NCBI GenBank assembly: GCA_051047955.1
Contig: JBPGPT010000008.1
Coordinates: 248,001-312,000 of the forward strand
Length of the DNA: 64,000 bases
Direction: 5' to 3'
DNA from: Cystobasidiomycetes sp. EMM_F5
Taxonomy: Eukaryota
Below, piece after piece: positions 35,794 to 47,003 of the stretch. Positions within the stretch are counted from its first letter, which is position 1. Every line of letters starts with the position of its first letter. The position numbers and the translations under genes are program-made. The notes below the pieces were generated by a model. That model was not told where the DNA came from. It saw only the letters and a program-made list of their open reading frames with translations, and made no database searches.

Positions 35794-35823
35794 TATATAT
35801 GTTGAAAGAAGATCGGCTTTCAA
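35794..35823 (+). promoter_or_regulatory. TATA element and short hairpin upstream of the tRNA-Ala 5' exon
   Basis: TATATAT at 35794-35800, about 30 nt before 35829; inverted repeat TTGAAAG (35802-35808) / CTTTCAA (35817-35823). Confidence 0.5.
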
Positions 35824-35828
35824 GACTG

Positions 35829-35955
35829 GGGGAGTGAGTGGCGTACATGCGAATGGTCCCTAGACTATCACTAACAATCAAATTTAGTATAGCGCAGTTG
35901 GTAGCGCGTCCGCTTTGCATGCGGAAGGTCGTGAGTTCGATCCTTACTGTCTCCA
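35829..35955 (+). tRNA. tRNA-Ala(TGC): tRNA-Ala(UGC) interrupted in the acceptor stem by a 54-nt GT-AG intron (35834-35887)
   Basis: Exon 1 GGGGA (35829-35833) plus exon 2 (35888-35955). Acceptor GGGGATA/TGTCTCC with G3:U70; D-stem GCGC/GCGC; anticodon stem TCCGC/GCGGA with loop TT-TGC-AT; T-arm GTGAG-TTCGATC-CTTAC; discriminator A. Confidence 0.9.
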
Positions 35956-35987
35956 CTTCGAATTCATGCCAAGAGAGTTTGTCTTGG

Positions 35988-35997
35988 TTTTTCTTTT
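35988..35997 (+). terminator. Oligo-T tract, candidate RNA polymerase III terminator of the tRNA gene
   Basis: TTTTTCTTTT begins 33 nt after the discriminator base. Confidence 0.5.
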
Positions 35998-36249
35998 GTT
36001 GGAAAACAAGCGCGAGCGAGGAGGCTTTGCGAAGTGCCCTAAGCATATTGCCGTGACGACTCCAATAGTCATGATCATTATTTGTTTGCTGAAAGCTGCG
36101 ATTTGAATTTCTAGCCGCATTTTTCTGAAGACCCGTTGTCTTCTTGCCACATTCACCATTGCTCCACACTAATCTCCAAGCAGTACACGGAAGACTTACC
36201 AGATCCTCTGACTCACAGCTCTCCTCATTAGCTATTAGCTAATTAGATC

Positions 36250-37652
36250 ATGGATACTGTGAAGCAAGACAAGTCGAAAAGGCGCAAACGGGATGCGATG
36301 GCTACTACCGCTCACTCAAACGATGCATCTTCTCAGCCAGCGCGACCTCCACCTATCTCTTCTTTCTCTACGACGCACAAACCGCAAAAGCCATCTGCAA
36401 TCGCAAAGGCCGGCAAAGTAGGGTTATCCAAATTTATCAAGTGACACTAGCTGAACGTTTAACGCCAGGGCCGTTTCTACACAGTCTCTATTGCTCTACC
36501 TGGCAGTATCCTTCTCAATGCGCAAAGTCCAGAACTCCGGACACATCTAGCTGGACAGATAGCCCGTACTTGTGCGATATTTTCAGTGGACGAAATCGTG
36601 GTATTTCACGAGCCAAATCATGTTGCGGTCGACACGACACGAGCGACGTATCAGCGTGGTAAATATCGACAAACGACGTCTGAGACTGGTTCAGGTGACG
36701 AAAATGACATGGACGAATTGCTATGTCGTATTTTACAGTATTTGGAAACGCCGCAGTATGTACACACTGACTCGCAGTACCGCCACAGACAACTAACGCA
36801 CTTTTGAAGATATCTCCGCAAAGCCCTCATACCCATGCATCCATCACTACGTCTGGCAGGCCTGCTCCCTCCGCTCGACATGCCACATCATTTGCGCAAA
36901 ACAGATGATGCTCTCTTCCGTGAAGGAGTCGTAGTCGAGCCACCTGCTGACTGGAGACCCTCATTCGGTCAAAGTGACACATATTCGTTCGTCGATGTCG
37001 GCTTGGAGCACTCTGTACAAGTGCCGTCAACCCTGCCTCTGACCAGCAGGGTGACTGTGCGATTAAAACCACAACGTGATTAGATTCTCTGAAGGTACAC
37101 TGACATAGACTGACATCGACAACACAGCTTCGATAGTTGCAGACAACGCACCTAAAGCAGAGAATGGGTTTGGGTGGGGCTACAAAGTCCGCAAAGCTGG
37201 CAGCGTGAGCAAGGTACTGCTGGAGTGTCCGTATGAGGGCGGTTACGATCTAGGTATTGGGACTTCCGAGCGAGGTACAGATGTGTCGGTCATGGCTGCG
37301 GAGATGCCAGAGTTCCGGTAATCCGCAACTTATACAGAGTACACTGCTATTGACTAATTGACAACAACACGCAGGCATATGCTACTCGTATTTGGCGGAT
37401 TGGCCGGTCTCGAAGTTACCATCGAAGCCGATGGAGCACTGGGCTTGTCTGCAGAAGAAGCCGGCGACGCATTTGATCACTGGATCAACGTCTGCCCAAA
37501 CCAGGGGTCTCGCACCATCCGTACAGAGGTTAGTATACCAATTCTTTCCGGTTGTCCCTGCGTCCTAACTGTAGATGCGATTCTAGGAAGCTCTGATGAT
37601 AGCCTTGTCGCGGCTCAAACCAGCCATAGAAGGAAACGGGGCGAGAGTTTAG
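36250..37652 (+). CDS. SPOUT-family RNA methyltransferase (SPOUT1/C9orf114-like), multi-exon
   Basis: VSIALPGSILLNAQ; IARTCAIFSVDEIVVF; LQYLETPQ/YLRK; AGLLPPLDMPHHL; FREGVV; GYDLGIGTSERG; LLVFGG; NQGSRTIRTE/EAL. Confidence 0.9.
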
Positions 37653-37807
37653 GATTATTCCGTGTTAATTGTGAATGTAAGGGAGGCGAGTCAGTGTGTA
37701 AACATTTTTGGTCGGCTGGTCGGCTCCACTGTGCCTGTCCAGAACTCTAGACGTCCAGTCGTGACTTCATGCGATTGTTTTGCCATCTTCCCACCCGAGC
37801 TGCCAGC

Positions 37808-40220
37808 ATGGACACTGAACAGGAGCTACCGCTGCAAGCTGTAGTGCTCGCAGACGCCTTCGAATACCAAGCACGGTATGGCCCGCTTGTCCGGGGCGGT
37901 GGGAAGGACGGCGAAGGCTGCGACAATGCTCAGCCATGGGTAGGCTGCAAACAGTAATTTGATTGTTTCAACGCTGACCACATCTCAACTTGTAGTGCCT
38001 GCTGCCTTTCCTGAACGCCCCGTTGATTGCCTGGACGCTGGAATCGCTGTCGGCTTCCAACGTACAACAAATATTCATCATAATCCGTGAAGGCGCAAAG
38101 GAATTGCAGACATGGCTAGAGTGGGCGACAGATGGCATTACCATCCAAGATACGATGAAGCTGACAGGCTCATGCGGTCATTGTGCTGCCGTTACGACAG
38201 TTCGTCTACCTACAGTCCTGCATTGCCGACCTCGACAATGGAAGTACGGATCCGATCAACGCTTGCCAGCGCAGAAGGCGATGTGTTGAGAGAGTTGGAC
38301 AATGTTCCTCTACAAGGGGACTTTCTGCTAGTTCGGGCTGGATACATGGGAAATATCGACCTTGATTCTGCTGTTAAGGCGTTCACCGTCAGGCGCAAGA
38401 AGGATCCCTCCTTATTGATGGATTGTCTCGTTGCACCGCGATCAGTAGTGTGGGTATGATGCAGAATGACACATGTCCTCGAACTGATGTCATCTTGACA
38501 GGCCGCGAGCCAAATCCTCTACACATGTACTCGCCCCTACCGGGCAACTTCTCCATTTCACGCACCATGCCCGCTTTCCGCACAGAAAGCGAATGCAATT
38601 TCCCCGAGAACTTCTTGAATCTGGTCAGGACTTGACAATCAGGACAGATCTGGAAAGTATTGGTGTCGATATCTGCAATGTCGAGCTACCGGCCCTGTTC
38701 GTCGAGAATTTCGACTATCAAAATCTACGGCCAGACTTCATACACGGCATACTAACATCCGACCTACTCACAAAGACTATACGATGCACAGTCGTTGGAG
38801 CAGCTGATAACGATGCAGCTCTGTCAGTCATTGCCGGCAGAGCAAAACCTTACGCAACCTGCGTTGGAGATTTAGCGAGCTACGATCAAAACAGCTTTGC
38901 AATATTAGCGCGATGGGCGCATCCGCTTACTCTGGATGAAACAGTGCCCGGGACGCATGAACGATACGAGCAGCGCAGGGGTCGCTTGTATTTGGGCAAA
39001 GATGTTGCACTCGCTCGCTCGTGCGTGACGGGCCCGTCTGCAGTCATTGGGCATCGATCGACCATCGGCGAGCATACGAGCGTAAGCCATAGCGTCCTCG
39101 GTCCCAATTGCCGGATCGGCAGGAACGTCACGATATCCCATTCATACATTTTCGAGGGCGTCATGGTGGAAGATGGATGTGTCATCGAAAATAGCATTGT
39201 AGGCTATGCATCGCATGTGCGATCCGGAGCCATTATTACGCAAGGCACAATCGTTGGTCCCTATGTCACACTCAGCGAAAAGAGCGTGCTGGAGAGTCAG
39301 ACTGTATCTGTCGAAGCTTATTCTAGTAGTGCGATCAGCAACGGAAGCGCCGGTAAGCAGAACCCCTAATATCGTAACAAATATGGCTGTTTCTGATGCT
39401 GTCAGCAGATGACATACATCATTTGTGGCCCAGCGAAGAGGATCGCCTGATGGAAGATGTCGATTCCGATGATGAGGAGGCGCTCGACCATCGCAATCTA
39501 CGCATGTCAAAGTTGCATCGCAACGTCAGTCACGCCTACCTATCTGACACATCCTCGGTGTCGGAGCTCTCTGATTCGTCATCATCCGATACTGATGAGG
39601 GTGAATCTCTTGCCTCTGAAGCATCCGGAGGTGATAGCGAAAATCGTATTGCGGGAATATCTGCTCTTGATACGTCAGCCGAGTCCGAAGACTTCGCCTT
39701 CTTGCAGGAGTGCCTTGCGTCTTTGGAGCGGTCATTCGGTGAAGACCATACAGTCGAAAACACTGCTATTGAACTCAAAACACTACGGATGGCATCAAAC
39801 GTAACCTTGAAGCGCGTCATCGGTGTAGTCGTTCCATTTTTGTGTAATAGAGCCCACGTCAAGATCGAAGAAAGCAATAGACAGGTTGACGAGAAGGCTG
39901 ATAATATGGTGGAAAGGTGGGGTAACCTCATCACATCGTTGACAAGCGGGCAACAAGATGGCATGGTAGATGCCCTGCTCGCTCTGCAACATCACTGCGC
40001 ATCCACAAATGTGCATCCTCGGCTTTTCGCTGCATTCTTACAGGCATACTACAATGAAGACGTCATATCGGATGATGCTGCGGTCAGCTGGGTCAAAGAT
40101 CCTAGATCACGATCTGTGGGTGACGAGGCTGGCTTGAAACTGTGGAACACTGGAGCAGCTTTCGTGAAAGCCCTCATTGAGGCCGATGACGACAGTGACG
40201 AGGATGATGAAGACGAGTAG
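37808..40220 (+). CDS. GCD6: Translation initiation factor eIF2B epsilon subunit, multi-exon
   Basis: LQAVVLADAF; CLLPFLNAPLIAWTLESL; LFVENFDYQ; hexapeptide beta-helix repeats; W2 domain (IELKTLRMASN, YYNEDVISDDA). Confidence 0.9.
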
Positions 40221-40639
40221 ATGTGTCACAAAAGCAAGTCAGGCTATCGAAAGCGATCATCCGGTCGCTAGTCAAGACATTGACGATACGTCTTCGTCTC
40301 GAGCGAACAGCTAGCGCGAGTAATGACAGCTTCGAGCATCCTTTGCAAGGCGGATGTATCAGGAAGGGTCCGGCCAGACGCGTCGGTGCCTCGATCGCGT
40401 TCCCCATGATCGGGTCCTCCCCGTTTCAAATCACGAGACTGTACAAACAAGAACAATGGTCGCACTTGCACTAGCTCTACACAAGAATCGTCTGCAGCTT
40501 CGTCGCTCGCACTTTGGTCTGTTCGTTCATCAGTGATATCCAGTCAGGTACGCATCCCGCCTGTCCGTATGAAACTTGTCATTGACAATACGCGAAAGCA
40601 GGCTGTTACGCAACCGGTTCACACATTCCGGTTATCAAC

Positions 40640-41047
40640 ATGAGCGTATTCGCCCGCTGTTACGTCCTGCTCCTTCTAGCCACCATATCGATGGCTTGCA
40701 CCAGCAAAAAATGCTATAAGGAGCCTTTTCCTCGTCTTCTCGAGCAACATATTCGCGATCTTCATCAATGTGGCCTCAATAATCCCTTTATTGTCGACTA
40801 TGCGTGCGAACCAATACCAGCGTTTGCATCAGCCGTGCCGCTTTTGGAGAGAAATATTGCCACCCAGGCGGACCCCCTACCTGAAATCAACGAAGACAAA
40901 TATGCGTATCAAGCCGGCGTAGTATCAGCCTCTGCTAGACCGACTTCAAGCAAGAAGGGCGTTCACGGAAGCGTGGTCATCAAGCAGTGGGCCGATAACT
41001 ACACGAGATTCAGGGAAGCCGGTTTGATTGGCAGTCGCAAGCAATAG
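40640..41047 (+). CDS. Putative small secreted protein (135 aa)
   Basis: ATG-initiated ORF in an otherwise empty intergenic gap; signal-peptide-like MSVFARCYVLLLLATISMA followed by 4 Cys. No family recognised. Confidence 0.45.
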   Translation: MSVFARCYVLLLLATISMACTSKKCYKEPFPRLLEQHIRDLHQCGLNNPFIVDYACEPIPAFASAVPLLERNIATQADPLPEINEDKYAYQAGVVSASARPTSSKKGVHGSVVIKQWADNYTRFREAGLIGSRKQ

Positions 41048-41315
41048 GGAGCGTGAGGACTGGAGAGGACGCAGGTCGATAATTACGTGTGTGTGCTTCA
41101 AGCGGCACATTATTCATAAGCTTTCGTATGCCATACTTCTCATATATCGGCTTAATGTTTCACAGCAACGAGTACTGTACTTCATCATCCCCGTATGGCT
41201 GGCTGTCATGTCAAGGACTTTCACGTATTCCTGCCGCGACTGACTGTGCTGGAAGACTGGTCTCCCTTGAACCGCTATTTATTACAGCGAAACTCAGTTA
41301 CTTGGTGAACAGCTG

Positions 41316-43366
41316 CTAATAACTATACCGATACTCTGGATGCTTGTGGCCAAGCATTGCCTCCTGCGTTTCATCTAGGCCTTTAAGACGGTTATCACGC
41401 TTCCCAGCCGCTCGCTGGCGGTTCTCCCATTTCATATACGCCAGAGTAGCGACGTGCAGGATGACTTGAAGTATAGACATGGCGATGTTGACGCTGTGAC
41501 CTGTTTTATAAAGTGGGGCGTCACCCGGTAGATAAACCCAGGTAGATATCAAACCTCCGATATTGAGGCAGAAAGTAACGATTCCGATGCCTGCTGCTCG
41601 CGATGCGTCGGGCGCTAGATCAGGCATCACTGCCAGCCTCAGCCATTTGAAAACAGGAGACGGGGGACTTTACACGCACCTAAGTTAGCGCTGCCCCACG
41701 CCTGAAGCAATCCTCCCAAACAAGCCGACCCAGGTGCGATGAGGAACGCGCCCGCGTATCTGGTACCGGGTCTACCGTGATCAGAATCAAAATCAGCACC
41801 CATAATCATTCTTTTGTAGTTTTCCATACTCACGTATTGCCGCCCAGGAAGAGCGCAAAACCTACGATGATTAATGGCAGGCAAGTGCCCAAACCCCAGT
41901 ATCCTCGATAACCTCCACTCTTCCAGCTCAAGAACGGTATAAGGACTGTCCAGACGAAGCCGACTGCCCAGGGTGGCGCACTACGCAGATTACGGATAAC
42001 GGCAGGATCGGATCCATACAGCCTGTATATAGGATATATCAGAATCTCCGCCGTACAGTTAGGATGACAATATCAAGGCCCCACCCTGTTATTATCGTCG
42101 GAAGGAAGACTGCGAGTCCTTGCAGAACAATGGAATTGCAAAGTGCACAAGCTCCAATAAGCCATACGTTGATGTTGAAGATGCCCTGGTAGACGGCTTG
42201 CTTGCGTGTCTTGTTTGCAGCGTCAGATCCAGAGCCAGCTTGTGCGGGATCCTGAGCCTTAATTCTCTGCACGGCTACTATTCTCTCTTCGGCTGTAAGG
42301 AACCATGCCTTCTCAGGAGAATCGGACAAGGAAGCAATCGTCACTATGCCAACACCAATTGTGACGATGCCTTCGACGAACTAGCAAGAAATGATTAAGC
42401 CGTGCTCAAATGCGAACGGCGACAAACCCGCTTATACTCACGAAAAGCATCCTCCAGCCCTTGACTCCAGCAATTTCCGAAATGTCGTTTACAATAGCAT
42501 AACTGAGGACTCCTGCGAACATGCCCGCAAATGAGGCACCCGAAAGGAAAAGACCAGCTCGAAAGACCAGCTCCGCCTTGGTGTACCACCGCGTAAGGAA
42601 GTATATGCATCCTATGGGCAATCATCAATAAATGCAAAGGCCGATGCAAGGGAACGGCAGCGAACCTGGGAAGATACCGCTCTCAACTATACCGAGGAAG
42701 AATCGCACGACCAGAAGACCCGTGTAGGAGTTGACGTAGGCCGTAGCTAACGAGATGATCCCGAAGAGGATTGTGCATCCCGGCAGAAACCATCCCGGTC
42801 CAATCACCTTACACAGGATATTGGCGGGTAATTCGAATGCCACGTAGCTGCCGACTCGAACTCAGCCCCAAGGGTCGGTCTGCGTCTCATAGGTCCAACT
42901 TACGCAACGTAGTAGATGGTGAGGGCAGTATTAAAATTATAACCCACCATGCCGAGCTCTTTCTCCAAGCCGTACAGGCGAGCATTGCCAATATTGATTC
43001 GGTCAATGAAGGACCAGGTGTAGAGTAGCTGTGCATGATCTGATGTGTCAGCATCGAGGACAGTGTCATGTGCGGAGGAAGCATACCCAGAGCAGAGGGA
43101 TCAGCTAGACACGAGCCGAAATCAGTCAGCAAATTTACAGAGCCTACATTAGCAGACACCTACTGCGAAATCACACTTCCACCTGATTCTCGCGACTAAC
43201 TTGCTATCGAAAGTGTTCGTATTCCTTTCGGCCCGGTTGGTCTGTTCTGCGAAGCTACCGATGTCAGGTATTGCTTTCCTGGACGCCAGAATCCGGATTC
43301 ACCAATAAAGTCATCCCCGCCCTTGTCCAAGCCGGGCGTGTCCATCATTTCGTGCGACCCGTTCAT
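41316..43366 (-). CDS. MFS transporter, anion:cation symporter (Tna1-like), many exons
   Basis: Spliced LVARIRWKCDFA/LIPLLW/LLYTWSFIDRINIGNARLYGLE; VVRFFLGIVESGIFPG; YFLTRWYTKAELVFR; GVKGWRMLF; LGHKHPEYRYSY*. Confidence 0.9.
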
Positions 43367-43764
43367 GGCTAACCGGGATCAGGATCCTCGCAGATGTGCG
43401 ATGGGAAGAGCACGGAGGGAAAGCAGGAGAGAGACGACGTTGCATGCGTGCCCCATGGGGCTTCAGTCCAGAACAGGGCGAAGTTCCGCCAAGTTGCGGC
43501 TCATGCCGCCCGTACCAATTAAGCGGGTCGGGCCGGTGCAGCGGGCCGAAGACCGAGATGTGCCCTTCGGTCCGAGCGACGGCAGGCGAAGAGGCAGACG
43601 GCTTCGGATTACGGCTTGAAGGGTGGCAGAAGTCTATGCGGAGCTAGTGGGGCGTGCAGCGGCTAACTTCGTTGAAGTACCTTTGCGCGCAGCTTCCTCT
43701 TCCCTTCCTTCAGTCCATCTTCAGACATCCTTCCTCATATCCATCACAATTCGATATACACACC

Positions 43765-45406
43765 ATGGTCGGCGCTACTAACGGAAACGGATCTGCCGCA
43801 ACGGCGGACTTCAAGAAGCTCTTTTTTACCCCCATCGTACCATTCAAGGAAGACGACACCATCGACTATGACAACTACCGTGCTTTCATCCGCCGCTTCA
43901 GTAAGCAATCATCCATCACGCGAGCGTGGCATGCTGTGAATTAATCGCTTGTCCTGCGTTTTTCTCTACTGCAGTGCAAGATGAATACCTCAAGGAAGGT
44001 ATCGCCATCATTGCCAACCCAGAGGCAGGAGAACTCTTCACTCTCGATCGCGAGGAACGTAGAGCCATCGTCAAGATCTGCGTAGAGGAGGCTGCAGGCA
44101 GATGTCCAGTCGTTGCTGGTGTTGTTCACGTACACACTAAGGGATACATTGAGACCGCAAAGGACGCGCAAGAGCTGTAGGTTATGTTATTGGCAGAAGC
44201 GACTCGGACTAACAGCGATCATTGATAGCGGGGCAAACGGGCTCTTCATCTTTCCGCCTATTGGTGCTGGGGATATTGTCGCCATCTGGGACTCTGACAA
44301 GTACCCTGAGGTCTTTTCTGATAGTGAGTCAAGCATATGATAAGCCGCGGGCACTCGGTAACATTGTTTGTCAGTCATCAAGGATGTCTCCGCAGCAGTA
44401 GATCTACCAATCATTATCCATCCTGTCAGTAATAGTCATGCGAAGACTTAGGTGCCAAATAGATTCTGACTCAGAAGCTAGGTCGGTCGATACTCTATTC
44501 CCTTCGGCCAAGGTCTGCCGTTGAAGACAACCAAGGCGATTCTGGACGAGTGCCCTAACGGTCAGTAGTGATAGTGATGATACCTTGAGATAAAGTCGCG
44601 CCTGACAATGATCTCTCTCTAGTTATTGGATGGTTAGTAGGATTCGGCCACCGTGCAAGGAATGGGTAGGCTGATTGGCGTTATCTCTCCGATTCAATTT
44701 TGGCATCAACAGGAAGATGACGTACAACTATGACGGTCCGTTTGCGAAATGCTTCGTATCGGCTTTGATATCTTACGTACTCAAGTTGGACAGGATACCG
44801 CAAGATTGCGCGCTTCCTGCAATCGTATGAGCGTCCGGTTGCCATTCTTGCAGCTGTTGGTCACTACATGCACGAGTGAGTTATGATTAATCCGAAGGCA
44901 AACACTATCTGATTCGCTTCTGCAGAAACCACGCCAACCGAATGTTTGATGGCACTTCTTCTGGTGCTTGGTAAGTCTGGCAAGATTGTGGAGTTGATGC
45001 CTCACGATGGCTGACGTGCGATACAGGAACTATGCCTTAGAGCCAATGATGGAACACTTGAAGATGTGGAGAGCCGGGGACTTTAAGGGCGCGACAGACC
45101 TATGGGAGAAGGGCGGTCTTGCCGTTCTTCAGCAGACGTGAGCATGTCCAAACATTGACTTATCTGGCATTTTTCGCTAAAAGTCTCAACAGCATCTTTG
45201 AGGATATTGGCCGTCTGCACGTCAAGTACAAGACTGCTGTTTGGCTCCGCGGCCTCATCAAGTCGCCAGTCATGAGGGCACCGATGCCAAAGCCGAGATT
45301 GGCTGAAATTGAGGAGGTCAAGGCGGCCCTCAAGGGTGCCAATCTGCAGATCATCTCGGATGCGGAGATTCAAAAGATAATCAAGTCTCTCAACATTGTC
45401 TTGTAG
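43765..45406 (+). CDS. DapA/DHDPS-family class I aldolase or hydratase-aldolase, about 12 exons
   Basis: FTPIVPFKEDDTIDYD; NPEAGELFTLDREERRAIV; CPVVAGV; GANGLFIFPP; LPIIIHP; Schiff-base Lys in spliced PNVIGW/KMTY; KYKTAVWLRGLI...RAPMP. Confidence 0.85.
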
Positions 45407-45682
45407 TCTGCGCCGTGCATCAGTCTGTCTCTCTCTTAGGGTATCAGTCACTGTAGTCCTAGTCCTGCAGTTTTTGCATCCAAAGAATCGGATATCAGCG
45501 GGTTCGAATTTGACGCAGGAAGCAGCCTTGCAGAGCCAGTGCAAGCCAATCTAATTACACAGGTTCTTGCAGGTCGGTCTGCGCGAACGAAAGTCGATCA
45601 GCACTTTACGCGTCCAGCACAAGTAAACAGGTCTGATTATTGGCAGTTGAGCTGCGGAGAGCTGCCAGCGCCGTCAGCTACA

Positions 45683-46796
45683 ATGGCACTGGATGAGCTG
45701 CACCACCTGTTCCTGCAAAGCTGCATGTCACATCGGTACATGAGCCAGAAGACTGTCGAGGCGATTTACGCGAAATGTGTGGCAGCCAGTGATGGTCAGT
45801 GGTGCTGGAGGTACATCGTAGACTCGCTAATCCAGTGTCGTTAATGTGCTGCGCCTTCACGTCGCCATCACTCTTCTACAGCTCGAGGCGCGCCAACTTA
45901 CGAGGTCGCACTCGACCAAATCAACATGACTATGAATCGCTACGGCTTCGCACTCAAACGCTCGCAGGATGAGTATACTGGCAAGACGTGGATCGCCTTC
46001 GTCAATACAAAAAGTGACGATTTGGCAAAGATGGCTACCGAATACAACGCCCAGGATATCAGCTACTTTCGGTCGCTTGTACGCATTCAAGCGCGATTTT
46101 CTGGCCTTTTGCTCATGTCGTATGGGCTGTTTGCAGGTCAAAAAGATTGTCAAATCCGGACGACGATTTGCTATCGGCCACAAGGATGCCATCAATGCGG
46201 GCAGAGAGGAGAGCGTCACGCCGGCACTTTCCATTACAGTCGCCCAGGAATTGCTAAAGAATTTCGTGGCACGAGGTCCGTACGGCATACGTTCGAGGCT
46301 GTTCTCACAGAGCTAAGAATCCATGGCGACAGGCTGGCTCGTTGCATACCCCTTGAAGGTATCGGGCACGCAGCACATCATGTATCAGCTATCCGTCCGC
46401 TCCCGCATGGAACTGGAGCATTACCTACTTGACGAATATCCGAATCAATTGAATCGAGACGCAATGTGCGCAACGTGTTCCGAACTAGTTACAAAAGGCG
46501 GTGAATGCGGAAGTCAAGACTGCAATGCTAGAATGCACGACCATTGTGCCCGCCTGACTGCCCGTAGGGAATGTCCTAATTGTCGCGCGGCATGGACGGA
46601 GCAGTCTGTCCGCAAAATCGGCCCGGAAGCACCTGCTACTCGCGCTCAGGACTCGTCGAGCGAAGAAAGCGAACAGGAGGAGGACGAACAACATGCAGCG
46701 AAGCCCGAGTCGGACGAAGACGAGCTGGAGGATGATGACAGTACTGCACAGCAGAACACATCCTCAAAACGCAAAGCTGTCCGACCGCGGAAATAG
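45683..46796 (+). CDS. NSE1: Smc5/6 complex subunit Nse1 (RING-like), multi-exon
   Basis: HHLFLQSCMSH; AFVNTKSDDLAKMATEYNAQDISYF; LSVRSRMELEHYL; CATCSELVTKG.C...CNARMHDHC...CPNCRAAW. Confidence 0.88.
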
Positions 46797-47003
46797 ATCG
46801 TTACGTCTGAATCGGCCACCTAGTTCGTTGGATCTACGATAGTTTTAGGGGACTTGATAGGGCATTGTTGTTGTTTCACGATCATCAGACAATTATCACA
46901 CACTCGTCCGCTACTGTGCCGACCCGCTTGAAACGGAATGCCTTTGGATTGCAAGAGCATGGCAAAATTCATGGAGGTACAGATGTCCCAATCGCCCAGC
47001 CGG

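Noticed and set aside
35883..35955. Reading the tRNA as a 5'-degenerate pseudogene without an intron
   Set aside because: All other arms are intact, and the exact missing five bases sit upstream, bounded by canonical donor, branch and acceptor signals. Simple decay is less parsimonious, though not excluded without RNA data.
45497..45515. GGTTCGAAT resembling a tRNA T-loop / B-box
   Set aside because: Flanking bases do not form a T-stem and no cloverleaf can be built.
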